Positions 1-10,811 of a DNA stretch of 63,818 nucleotides are shown piece after piece (position 1 is the first letter of the stretch; every line of letters starts with the position of its first letter). The translations under genes were made by a program, and so were the position numbers. This DNA comes from Chlorokybus atmophyticus (lineage: Eukaryota > Plantae > Mesostigma and Chlorokybus algae), in assembly GCA_009103225.1 (NCBI GenBank), contig RHPI01003156.1:1395191-1459008 (forward strand), in the 5' to 3' direction. Below the pieces are notes generated by a model that worked only from the letters and a program-made list of their open reading frames with translations, was not told the origin of the DNA and searched no databases.

Positions 1-480
1 TGCTGCGGCAGCAACAACACCATCATATCGAGGACGGCGAGGGGCAACAACGTACTACGGATGGCCATATCGTGTATGGGTTCCAACCATGGCCAATCCC
101 CAGAGATCTGTTTAGACCGCATTCTCCGCGTTTGCTCCCACTTATTGCAAACTTTCGTCACCCACCTCGAGGCATGCCGCATGCGGTGATGCAGCGCGTC
201 TTGGGCGTACTATAGGGTGATCAACTCCTTTGCACTACGAGTCAGCCCCTCAAAGCGTCTGCGCGTCGGTGCTTTGAGCTTAGGCAGCTCGTGCCGCACC
301 GGCTGTCTCTCTGGACGATGCTGAGCAGCCACTTGACGCTGTAAACCCGCCTGTGCCTACTCAGGACACACAGTCAGCCCCAGTGAGGCTTCAAGGCGCT
401 GTGCTTCTTCTAATGTTGTAACGATGCCTCACCTTTCCTTTTTTGGTCCTGTCAGCGTCCTTTGTTCCAACAACCTTCTT
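1..480. repeat. Direct-orientation second copy of 5197..5676 (part of the OTU-like/RING cargo gene)
   Basis: Base-by-base match at offset 5196 with 7 substitutions in 480 bp (6 are transitions). The copy stops at the N gap exactly where the other copy enters a poly-T run. Confidence 0.97.
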
Positions 481-562
481 NNNNNNNNNNNNNNNNNNNN
501 NNNNNNNNNNNNNNNNNNNNNNNNNNNNNNNNNNNNNNNNNNNNNNNNNNNNNNNNNNNNNN
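481..562. other. Assembly gap (82 N)
   Basis: Run of N joining unrelated sequence: cargo-gene copy on the left, copia gag on the right. Confidence 0.99.
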
Positions 563-942
563 CTCGCGCGCGCAACATACTTCGTGATGGGTTCTGCTGC
601 CTCCTTCCTGAGTGCGCTGAGCTGCTTGCGTAGATGCAACTTTCTGGCATTGTTCTTGGCTCTGAAAACGGCTGATAGCTTTTCCCAAGCTTGTCTACCA
701 TCTTCACATGCAGTGAGCATGGGAAAGTGATGCGGTTTGCTGTTCAACACAAGCAAAGAGTGTGCTTCTGCTGAATGCTCTGACCACACAGTGTTCGCTC
801 CTGGTGTTGGTGGTGGTGCCTTCGGATCAACGTACTTCCACACCTTCTTGTGGATGAGCAAGGCCTTCATCTCCACGCACCATGTGTTGTAGTTGTCGGT
901 GTCCAGCTTTGCAATCTGCCCCTTGTCGTAGGTCGCCTCCAT
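563..942 (-). CDS. Ty1/copia gag N-terminus (partial, truncated by gap)
   Basis: MEATYDKGQIAKLDTDNYNTWCVEMKALLIHKKVWKYVD...AWEKLSAVFRAKNNARKLHLRKQLSALRKEAAEPITKYVARA matches the copia gag pattern (L..DNY.TW...MKA.L...W; AW..L...F; L..L.K...E.I..Y..R). It lies downstream of a PBS and an LTR. Confidence 0.9.
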
Positions 943-1056
943 TTCTGTCGAGCCTGCCTTTCTTGCAGTTGACACCCAAGGCTCTGCTACCAACAAGCTA
1001 CCGTAGTGCAGAACTACTATGCACACAAGCTAGTCTCACACTCCTCAAGCGTAGTG

Positions 1057-1069
1057 TGGGCCCATAACC
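1057..1069 (-). promoter_or_regulatory. Copia primer-binding site GGTTATGGGCCCA (half-tRNAiMet type)
   Basis: Directly abuts the LTR 3' end (...TCAACA|GGTTATGGGCCCA on the minus strand). Same motif as the Drosophila copia PBS. Confidence 0.88.
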
Positions 1070-1305
1070 TGTTGAAGGACTAGCATGCACATGTAGTTGA
1101 GGCAAGCATAGATGCACAGAGACAGAGCTACCGCCACCAGAGCATACACAAGTCACATCACATTCATCTATTACAAGTTGTCCGCTGGTTCTTATACCAG
1201 CCAGTTACACACACGTCTACGTTTGCAAGCACTGCGTAAGCTATACTCAGCCGTTTGACGCGCTCTAAGCTGTGTTGTCTTCCTTACAACCAGAGCTTTC
1301 CAACA
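1070..1305 (-). mobile_element. Ty1/copia 5' LTR (about 236 bp)
   Basis: Bounded by TGTTG (1070) and CAACA (1301-1305) inverted termini; adjacent PBS and gag. The 3' LTR is not visible, so the outer boundary is inferred. Confidence 0.72.
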
Positions 1306-1462
1306 AGCTCTTACACGCCTAATATGAGTAAGTATACGCGGAGATACGAAGCAGTTAGTAAGGCTCCAGTCTGGAGTCCGGAGTCTGGTCCGACGATGCC
1401 ATCTTGCTAAGTCCGGACCTAGTGCTCGTCCTTACGACCTTCTTCTCCTGTGTGGAGGGTCG

Positions 1463-2113
1463 ATGCTGATCGTATGTAGGAATACTCTCAACAGTAATGT
1501 CATGGAGAAGACGGACAAGTTGCTACGGATGGATGTGATGACAAGGAGGGAGTCCAGCCCGTACTGGAGCGGATCTGCGCGTAGCCGCCAAGTCGCCTTG
1601 AAGACTCCATTCGCCGACAAGCTGCCTGCCACCCTGGACAGCTGGTTGAGGAGGGAACAACTGGAGTTGGCCGACGGGTGGCGTGCTGTTCGCGTGGTGA
1701 ACGGAGGCGCAGCGGTGTACATGACATCAGGAGTCAGCATGGCGCGCGCAACTGGGATGTTCCATGGGCGGCCTTGGTTCTCTACACTTGAGTTGGAAGG
1801 TGATGATGACGGTGTGAACGTGACGTGGTGGGCTCAAGCACTCCTTTTTCTGCGCGTGGTGGTGTGGGGTGGTAGCGGCGAGCGCGTGTGGAAGGAGGTC
1901 GTGTTTGTCCGCTGGTACACGAAGCTGGATGTGACGAGCGACACAAAGTGCATCGCTCTGGAATGGGAAAAGCGTCGAGGCGGTCCACATCTCGATGTCG
2001 TGACTCTGGAGCAAGTAAAAGGCATTGTCCAGCTGCTCCCCATGTTTGACAAGGACAGCGCCCGTGTACAAGAGGGCAAGTATTGGGTGAACGTTCACTG
2101 CACTTCCACGTGA
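1463..2113 (+). CDS. Plavaka-type transposase C-terminal (BAH-like) domain, 5'-truncated
   Basis: FHGRPWFS...WAQALLFLR...EVVFVRWY...C..LEW...DVVTLEQVKGIVQLLPMFD...YWVN follows the C-terminal motif series of Plavaka-family transposases (FH.KPWFS / GQ.LL / AL.QWY / GCP.L / I..IVHI.P.F / Y.VN). The catalytic N-terminal part is absent beyond the copia insertion and gap. Confidence 0.65.
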   Translation: MLIVCRNTLNSNVMEKTDKLLRMDVMTRRESSPYWSGSARSRQVALKTPFADKLPATLDSWLRREQLELADGWRAVRVVNGGAAVYMTSGVSMARATGMFHGRPWFSTLELEGDDDGVNVTWWAQALLFLRVVVWGGSGERVWKEVVFVRWYTKLDVTSDTKCIALEWEKRRGGPHLDVVTLEQVKGIVQLLPMFDKDSARVQEGKYWVNVHCTST

Positions 2114-2316
2114 CACATGTACTTGTCTCACTACTCTCAGTTTGGAGCATATCAGTCAGTTAGGCATTGCTAATCGTATGCTAAGACTTTTGCATGTGGA
2201 CGTGTACAATACCGGGCAGCTGTCACTGCACAACTGTCACCACAATCGAATGATCCATGCAACATTCAACAATCAGTCCGCCGTGTGGCATTAAGCATCA
2301 ATACAGTGCACCACAC

Positions 2317-4041
2317 TCAAGCCTCATAGTTCCATGACACAGGAGGGTAGTCACAGCGCATATCCATTGTTTCAAGCATGAGACGCCCTATGCACTCCGC
2401 CATTGCGGGAGGAACTGCATTCGCTATGGAAACGGCCGAGGTCATCCATGGCACTCCCAGCGCTGTTTGCCACGCAGCAATGCCGCCCCTGGTGCTTGGA
2501 AGGCCATAGACCGGGTACATCTGCTGTGGCGCGTTTGATGTCACGATTGTCTTCTTCGCGCTAGCGGACAGGTGCGGCGATAGCAGTCCAACTGCCTTGC
2601 CCGCGTGCGAGCAGCGTGCTGGTGGGGTAGCTACCACTGGCTGTGTCTTAAACAGATGGTGTCGGAAAGTTGATAGGCCAAACTTCGTGCCACAAAGGGA
2701 CAGATTGGGTCTGAATGAGGAAGCTGCTCCTGGCACATTCTCAATCACAAACTTGACCTGGCTTGCAAGCAGCAGACGTCGGACGAGCGGTATTATATCC
2801 TGGTGTCTCCAGGATGTGCCATGTGCCGCCCATTGAGGTGCCGGGATAGCACCTGAATAGGCCTGGCATGGTGGACTGGCCCAGATGAGCTCGTGCTCGC
2901 TCAGCTCTCCTGCACTCAGGGTGCATACATCGCGGTGTATGAAGCGCAGCGGGTACTCAGAGGAGGGACTTATGTCCATCCCGGTCACGTCAAAGCCCGC
3001 GTGGTATAGACCGACACTGGCACCGCCACCGCCGCAGAATAGGTCGAGTGCCCTTGGTCTGCATGTGCGTCCCAGCTTGTTGTCAAATGGCGTGTATGTG
3101 GTCAAGGCTGGCCGTGGTGCTGGCCAGGGACTAACAATAATGCCGTCCGGGCTTACTTTGCGACTGACGTTCTCCCCTCCGGCGCGCAAAACATGGCGTG
3201 CCCCGTCAACTGATGTGTACGCGAATACGTTGTGCCCTTTGACGTTGATGGTTTGTGATCGATCACCGTCATCAAATACTATACGCTGCTGCCCTGCAAA
3301 GACATTTTCCATTGCACCATATATGATGCGTCCTCAATCTCGCACGCCACGAAGCGATGCTGACCTGACGCTTGCTTGAATGATTCCACAACGCCCGCAT
3401 ACCATTCCCCATCCAGCGGCCAATGCACCATGACACTCACACCGATCAGCTGCTCGCATCCCAACTTAACTGCGTTCCGCAGCCGATGCAGTGCGCTGTC
3501 CAACGGTCGATGGTCTGCCTCCTCTACAGCGGCCAGGGGATGGAACTGCCCACGCCCACACCGTGCAAGACTGCTCTGAATGCGACAACAGCTTCAACAT
3601 GCATGAAATAAGCATACGCCCAACATAACATGCAGTGATACGTCGCGGTCCACTCTTGTGGATTACCTCCACAGCATCCACCACCTGTCCACTAACCACA
3701 TGTCCCGGTGTTGTCCATGTGAAGAAGCGCATGGGTTCCCCTCGCCACTCGAAGCATGAGCGCGAGCACGATTCGCACACGCACTGCACGCAATGGAAAA
3801 ACTCCGGTTCCTTGCACGGCACTTGGCCGAGGCGGCAGCCAAACACGTCGACATTGTGTGTGGTGTGATGCCAACAAGCAGCATTAAAACCGTGGCACAC
3901 TGTCTGCACTCGCTGGCATTCGGTCAAGTGTGCTCGCATTTGCTGCCTACGGCCATTGGCACATACGTACGCATTGCATTGTGGGCACACCAAGCATGGT
4001 CTCCTATGTGAGGGTGATTCAACTGCTGCCGCCGACATCAT
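2317..4041 (-). CDS. Cys/His-rich finger + Tudor-like + C5-cytosine DNA methyltransferase (3-exon model 4041-3667, 3575-3365, 3293-2317; about 520 aa)
   Basis: MTase motifs: I LDLFCGGGG, IV ASPPCQAYS, VI ENVPG, LCGTKFGL..RHHLF, X ANAVPPAMAECIG. Tudor-like LIGVSVMVHWPLDGEWYAGVVESF|..QRIVFDDGD is split by a 71-nt GT-AG intron. N-terminal CPQC..C..H..C-rich exon. The spliced model has no stop codon. The MTase call is firm; the exon joins are inferred. Confidence 0.85.
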
Positions 4042-4517
4042 GCAAAATAGGAATCGGCACGGCTGCCCACAAACGGAGCGAGACTTTAGGGTATGGGCAT
4101 CAATTTTGGGTTGCCAGCTTACGAACCTTAAATGGGTCAAACTTGAAGTGAAGCACGACTGTACCTTATACGCTATTGCAGTACCATGCATGGTACTACA
4201 TCAACATGAATGGTACTCCATCTGTTAATGGTACTATAGTACAAGGATACTCGCATACTACCACGATCGTAGAGTAATACTGTGCTGTCATGCCATGGAA
4301 CCCAGAGCGCTGTCCGAGTTTGTTGCTGTCAACCACGCTCTAAACCAGCGAGGTATGCAAGCCATGCACTGACTCTTGCGCCGGGCAGTCATCATATACA
4401 TGTACAGCCAATGCTTCTAACAACAGCAGATCTCTGGTGCACCATGCTGCAACTATACATGTACCTACATGGTTCACAGGAAGCCAACACAAAACTACAA
4501 TACATGCACAATTGGCA

Positions 4518-5546
4518 TCAAGGCGGGGGCCAAATCACCGCCGACACGTTGGCGTCTTGCATCAGGCGTGGCGACCAAAACGGGTGAGGTTGCTTGCAGA
4601 ATGGACACGCTTGTAGATTCTTTGATTTATTTGCCACAGTCTTCTGATGTGCTATGATGCAGACATGGCACATCGCTTTCTTGCAACAGGGCGTCTCCCC
4701 ATCCGCTGGGGGGGGTGGCTCTTCAATGCGACAAATCAGCACACATGGTGCACGCGGGTGTGCAAGCTGCCTCTGCCACCAAACTCTGTTATCGCGTCGC
4801 AGGCGTAGCGACTCCCATCTGAATGGCGCAGCATAACGCTCCACTGCCTGCTCGATCACCTGACGCCCATCTGCCGCCATACACCACCTGCTGGTCTTGG
4901 TGGTCTCGTCCAGCATGCGTTCATCCAGGCCCTCGACATGGCTGTCGTCACTCGTGTACTCCCCCGCATCGTCATTTTCTTCGAGCTTCCACAGAATCAG
5001 CTCGACGTGCCGTACGACATACAGCCACTGCCAGCCAAAGCATGCCAAATACAGCTCGAATGGTTTTACTTGCCACCCAGTATGTTTGCTCAGGTAGTGG
5101 CACACATCTCGACCCGCGTTAGTCGACATCGACAGGTACATCTGCTGCAGCAGGTCAAAGTTCTGCTCCGCAGATAGCTCTTGCACATTGCCGGGCTGTT
5201 GCGGCAGCAACAACACCATCATATCGAGGACGGCGAGGGGCAACAACATACTACGGATGGCCATATCGTGTATGGGTTCCAACCACGGCCAATCCCCAGA
5301 GGTCTGTTTAGACCGCATTCTCCGCGTTTGCTCCCACTTATTGCAAACTTTCGTCACCCACCTCGAGGCATGCCGCATGCGGTGATGCAGCGCGTCTTGG
5401 GCGTACTATAGGGTGATCAACTCCTTTGCACTACGAGTCAGCCCCTCAAAGCGTCTGCGCGTCGGTGCTTTGAGCTTAGGCAGCTCGTGCCGCACCGGCT
5501 GTCTCTCTGGACGATGCTGAGCAGCCACTTGACGCTGTGAACCCGC
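4518..5546 (-). CDS. 3' exon(s) of cargo gene A with C-terminal RING-like finger
   Basis: CVLIC...PCCKKAMCHVC...CPFCKQ cysteine pattern. Joined in phase to the upstream ORF by a GT-AG intron (5628-5547, CTGAC branch-like site). The in-frame TAG at 5406-5408 is either a nonsense change or an alternative acceptor. Confidence 0.6.
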
Positions 5547-5628
5547 CTGTGGCTACTCAGGATACACAGTCAGCCCCAGTGAGGCTTCAAGGCGCTGTGC
5601 TTCTTCTAATGTTGTAACGATGCCTCAC

Positions 5629-6800
5629 CTTTCCTTTTTTGGTCCTGTCAGCGTCCTTTGTTCCAACAACCTTCTTCTTTTTTTTTTTGTCACCCTGCAC
5701 ATCCTGGCAGGCGCTCTCCGTGGCACTGTCACTCAGAGGAGGTAAGGCGTTATCTTCTTGCTCCACAGCCTTGCGCTTGTTGGTTGCCTCCCGTTCCTCC
5801 ACGACCTCATGTTGCTTCATGAGGTCGAGCATGAAGCCTTTGTCTTTCAGCGCAGCTTTCAGGACACCTCGATCAATCTCTTTACCAACAAGACAGGCTG
5901 GGATCAATGTGGCAAGCTTAGAGGGAGAGGGCGAGCTACAGCTGCTTCTTGATGGAGATGCCTCCGGATGGTCAGAGTGCGGTGGCAAGTGAGTCTCCGC
6001 GGCAGGAAGGGAGGGTGCTGAATTGGGATTGCGAGCATGTGGCTGTGGTTGAGGGGAGGCAGGATGTGCAGAACACTCGGCTACTTCTTGCCTAGCACAC
6101 GAAGGCGAGGCCTGAGGCGTTGGCGCAGCACTCTGGGTCACAGCCGGTGGTAGCGGGGAATTGGCAACGCCATGCCGCCACTCTCCGATCAGGTGTGTTA
6201 CCTCCGGTGGCACTTCATGCATAGGCCACGACCACTGTTCGGTGCTTGCAGGCTTGAGGAGCCAAAAGTGTGCTTCTGGCTCATCAGGAGCAGTGTTGCC
6301 CACCACCAGGACTGAGTTGGGGGCTTCTTTATTTCCAACCCAAACTGCGCTGCCGGGCCGTGGCACCCACTCCCCATGCTCGCGCTCAACGGTCACGCAG
6401 CCAATCAACAAGCCCAGCTTGTTGGCAAACATGGTCATCTGCAGGTGCTCGACGTACACATCTTTTCTCCGCACGATCTGTCGCACCTTGGCCATGGCTA
6501 GATCAATGTTGCAGTTGACATCAGCCAGCATGGTCGCAAGCAGTTTGTCGTAATACTGCGCCATCTCTCCGGCGGCACCAGTGGCTCCGCAGAAGTCTAA
6601 GATTCTGCTCGCCACGCCTGCATCGACAGCCTTGGCGGTGATTTTGCGGAGAATGTGCCGCCTGCCGTCGTCGTCCATGGTGTCCAGCATGGCCTAAAAT
6701 CTGCTCGAGCTGGGGCACTTGTGATCATCCAGGACACTTTCCGCTATGGATGGCCTGGCGCGAAATACACAATGTTAGAAGCAATTACCATCCGTTGGTG
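5629..6800 (-). CDS. OTU-like cysteine protease region of cargo gene A (possibly disabled)
   Basis: APTDGNCF (DGNC at 6781-6792, followed by in-frame TAA at 6775-6777), then YVEHLQMTMFANKLGLLIGCV and a distal AHFWLL. This resembles the OTU D-G-x-C ... H-F/Y arrangement. A Pro/Ser-rich linker and Lys-rich stretch follow. Confidence 0.5.
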
Positions 6801-8204
6801 CATTGAAGTGGTCCCATGAGGCGAGCTGGCCACCTAGCATAACTGATGGCCGTATGCGGGTTGCGGCCAGCTCCTCTGATGACTCGCTGGCAGGTGGTGA
6901 CCCCTGCTGCATGCGCATACAGAACTCACATGGTGTGTCCAACTGTGGACGGCAAGAGTCACAATGACTGATAAAGTACCTGAGTTTGGGGCAGACTGCC
7001 GGCTTCAACTTGCAGCGGGTGGGGTAAGGTAGGTGCAGAAGCCACATCGGTTGTTGCATTGTGCTGTGGTCTCGCCGGTGGCGGCAAGAAGGATTGTTGC
7101 CCCGCAATTACCGGTGCTGCTCGTGGAGGAGATGGCAGTGCACGAAGGACTGGTGCCGCGGAAGGTGGTTGCGCTCTGGCTGGGAGGGGAGCAGGAGCTG
7201 CAGGTGAGACCACTTGTGCATGCAGCAAGGGGGGCTGTATACAGGACCCAGGATAAGATGGCTCACAATGTTGCAAAGGACGAATATAAGCTTATGCAGT
7301 GCCTGACGCATTGTTACCAAGGCACGAGCATAAAAGACAGCGACTTACCTCAATGGCCCGTGGGCTGCATGGAGCAGGGGAAGCTATGGGGGCTGACAAG
7401 GTAGTATTGGCTGCACTCTCCCCGCCACCCTCGATGGCAGACTCGTCACGGAGCTCGTGAGCCATGGGCACATCATGCGCCATTGCCCCAATGGACATGT
7501 CGGGATACAACAGGCCAACATGCATGTTAAACTGATGCCGCATTGCCGCCGCGCCCATCAGCAAGTGGGATTGAAGGACCAGTTGATGGGATTGAATCCA
7601 GACTTGCATAGGAGCTCCAACAGGACCTAGTGCATTGTGGTGCTGTCAACCAATGACATGTGGGTTAGCTGCATGCTTGCGACACTACAATTGCAATAGT
7701 CAACTGCGTCACACCGTCATCAGTTGGTTGCTTCGAACAGTCACCTGCGGCATTGCTGGTTGATGCACGAATGATTGCATGGACTGCGTCATTGCTGGTT
7801 GATGCACTATTGGTTGAATGCCGGACGAATGGCCACGCGCTCCTGTGCTCAAACCCAGCCTACTTCGTTCGGCACGCGCGCGCGACTTCGCACGCTCACG
7901 CACATCCTAGCATGGAAAGGTAGGCATGCATTGGAGCCGACATTGCAGTCAACATGCACAGCGAGATTGGCAACAACATACCGCCGCCCAGCTCTGTCTA
8001 TCTGCTCTTGCTTCCGCAATGTCGGCTTGACTGTAGGGTGGGTATGGGTGAATAGTGGAGGCCTGCAGCCACGCTACATATATCACATGGACTGCGCTAA
8101 AAAACAAATTGCTCTTGCAAGGAAATGCATGTGACTGTTGAGCGTACCTTTGCATTCCTTTGTGCTTGTTCCCACAGCCGCAATTGGTCCCGTATGGTTC
8201 TGAC

Positions 8205-8441
8205 AAGGGGCTCCAAGGACTGCAGCGCCTGATCCACTCCTTGTTGCAGAAAGCAAGCCACTAAGCAGCTCTCTGTGTGAAGATGGTCTTTAATGGCTTG
8301 CCTGCTGGTTTGTCCAATGTTGGTGATGCATGTTGGACAGCCCCATTGCTGACGCCTGCCATGATCCATGACGTGGCGACCGGTAGTAGCTGGCTTCGCT
8401 GCTTGAACTCTTACGACCACAACTTCTCGCAAGATGTGCCA

Positions 8442-8472
<31 letters not shown>

Positions 8473-8570
8473 TCCTCCGACTCCTGGTCCTCCGCCTCCT
8501 AGTCGAACCCAGGCCCATCAAGCCTGACATTCGACCCGTCATCGACCTGGTGCCCCTGCGTGCCATCATC
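8205..8570 (-). CDS. 5' exon of cargo gene A with C2H2/C2HC-type zinc finger (tentative)
   Basis: WGCPTCITNIGQTSRQAIKDHLHTESC, preceded by an acidic/poly-Ala tract with an in-frame TAG at 8499-8501. Confidence 0.4.
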
Positions 8571-8974
8571 CGGCCATCAATGAAGCGTGTTTGGGTGAGT
8601 GCATGCTAACTCCCATTTGGGCTGATCGAGCAATGCCTCTGTCGTACCGTGGATGGTACGACAGAGCTATTGTACGGCAATCGCTGGGGTTGGACGAGAG
8701 ATGCCTCTGTAGTATCATAAATGTTACGACACAACCATTGTTACCAATGGTTGTACGAAGCATGGATGGCATGAATGCATAAGTCGTACCATCAACCATA
8801 GGAGCAAGGACGCACTACAAGTGCGACTCTAGTGCGGGACTCTAGACGTTCAAAACCGCCTCATTTTCGTTTTCGCGCCTCATACATTCGGGCGGGCCAA
8901 CCGGCGGCGGCAGCGTTGGAGGCGGCAGCGCCACTTACAGCTAAACAGGCGGCACCCGACTATCAGTTGGAGAG

Positions 8975-10811
8975 ATGCCTCGTGGTCCATCCGTAAGTGC
9001 ACCTCGTCGTGGAGGTCGGCGCCAGTTGTCCACATCGCCCCCAGTGTTCAACCAGGCAACCGTCGCCAACCAATCGCAGCAAGACCCCGCGCTGACGCCC
9101 AGCACATCACAACAACTCCACCTGACACCGCAGTCGCAAGGGCAAGCTAGACTGCATGCGTTCTTGATGCACTGTGCACGTTGCTTCTTGCTCAACTTCT
9201 AACTTGGATGCTTGCTTCTATCATGACTAGCACAGTGACTCACTGCATGCGTTCTGGATACACTGTGCACGTTGTTCTTCTTTTGCAACTGTGAGGGTTG
9301 CATCTTTCATGGCTGGCAGCATGACTCATGTGGTTGTGCTTGCAGAGGGTCGATTGGAACCCCCAACCCAAACGCATTTGGCCGTGACGTGGCAACCTCG
9401 GCCGTCAGCAACCCTTCCCCAAGCAAGTGGAAGATTGGCAACGAGGTAAGCACTGTGCGACACTGTGACACTGTGTGTATGTGTGTAACGGATTGTTCTT
9501 CTGTGGACAGCATTTGCGAGATGCCGTCGTTGAAATCATAAACGGCCACTGGGTAGAGAGCCACGTTTATCCCAAGGAGGACACTATTCGTAACGTCATG
9601 TGTCAGGTGCTGTGAATGCTTCATGACCGCACTGCACCGTGACACTGACCAACCTGCCCGTGACAGGTAGTTGGCTTCGACCATGACGACGAGGCCGATG
9701 CGGCCAAGTTCTATGAGGTGTACTGGACTCCCAAGGAGTGCCCCTTTCACTGGAGTGTCGCCCTGAAGAAAGCTACGCAGGCCCGGACTGAGAACGTCAC
9801 CAAGATCAAGCATGTCCTTGAGAAGGAGTACAAGTGGACACTGTTTAACAGCAACAAGCGCAAGTGAGTTGGGTCCCTCACCACCATGTCTGCTATGCAA
9901 CACTGCCTTCTTACTCAGCCTCCATACACACGTACTTATCTCGCCTATTGTAACCGATTCAATCATGCACATCGACGCCCTAATGGACCCCGAGACCCAA
10001 AAAGCCCAGATGCGCAGCGCGCTCCAAAGTAAGTTATAGGCACTATTCTAGCCTGGTGCAGGCTCAACTGGAACTATCTATTTCGTGACTAATGCCTTGT
10101 CGGTATGATTGTCGCAGACATGTCATGGCGGAGATTTGAGGTGACCGACACTGCAGACCCGGAGCGGAGGAGATACATCCATGAATGGGGCAATCCCATA
10201 ATTTGGCAAATGATCGTGCAATGCTGGTCTTACGCCGTCACTACACCTGGTCGCCGGCAGCTGACAGTCAACCACCTCGCATACCTGTTGCTTATGGTGA
10301 GCACTCTGAACTTCAGCATTAGCAATTCAGGAATGCTGTAGCCCCAAACTACAGACTTGCAAACGCGTTGCAGTGAATAGTGGCTTTCGATGCCACTAAG
10401 ACATGCCTGTAAACTACGCAGGTGGAGCGCATCCCAAAGGGCAAGGAAGGAGACCCTCTCCTAGCTGCCAGCATAGACACACATGAAGAGTACCTCAGCG
10501 AAATCAACACCATGATCATGTCAATGAAGCGGGAGATGAGGCAACGGTACGCAGCCCTCCAGCCATTCACCCTTGTGAAACGCCGCACTGCATCTTGTGT
10601 CGAATACCTGAAAGATCCCAATCGGCGCCGGCCGCAAGAGACAGCAGCTCGTGACCCGCTCGCTGAGGCAGAAGCGGCATTTGATTGGCTGGCACAACCG
10701 TTTGAGGAGGAAGAGCAAGCTCCGGCGTCGCCTCCACAGGCCCCAGCGCGTGGTGCTTTGTTCCGTAATGACAAGCAAAGCGATGATGGAGAGGAGCTAC
10801 AGCGCAGTTAG
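8975..10811 (+). CDS. Intact 7-exon hypothetical protein (about 415 aa), transposon-associated
   Basis: Exons splice in phase without stops (first intron GC-AG 9142-9345, the others GT-AG): ...SKWKIGNE|HLRDAVVEI...MCQ|VVGFDHDDE...NKR|NLHTHV...ALQ|NMSWRRFE...LLM|VERIPK...LQRS*. No recognisable domain. Confidence 0.7.

Noticed and set aside
391-1026. 211-aa ORF apparently fusing copia gag to a KKVVGTKDADRTKK tail
   Set aside because: It is a chimera across the N gap; the tail is the duplicate of the 5587..6690 ORF end.
2317-3312. Endogenous giant virus or bacterial contamination as the source of the MTase region
   Set aside because: No viral core genes (capsid, polB, packaging ATPase) are present, the genes have host-type spliceosomal introns, and the neighbours are transposon-type. 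The ultimate origin of the MTase domain remains open.
7751-7807. 18-bp direct repeat CATTGCTGGTTGATGCAC; also a roughly 38-bp direct repeat at 9151/9242
   Set aside because: Short local duplications in probable introns with nothing element-like between them.
4518-8570. Reassigned genetic code (TAA/TAG = Gln, as in some ulvophytes) suggested by in-frame TAG/TAA in TE genes
   Set aside because: RPS29 (20080-20082), RPL18a (53927-53929) and ZKT end in TAA at their conserved C-termini. Some of the TE TAGs can be splice acceptors and the others are simple point mutations.
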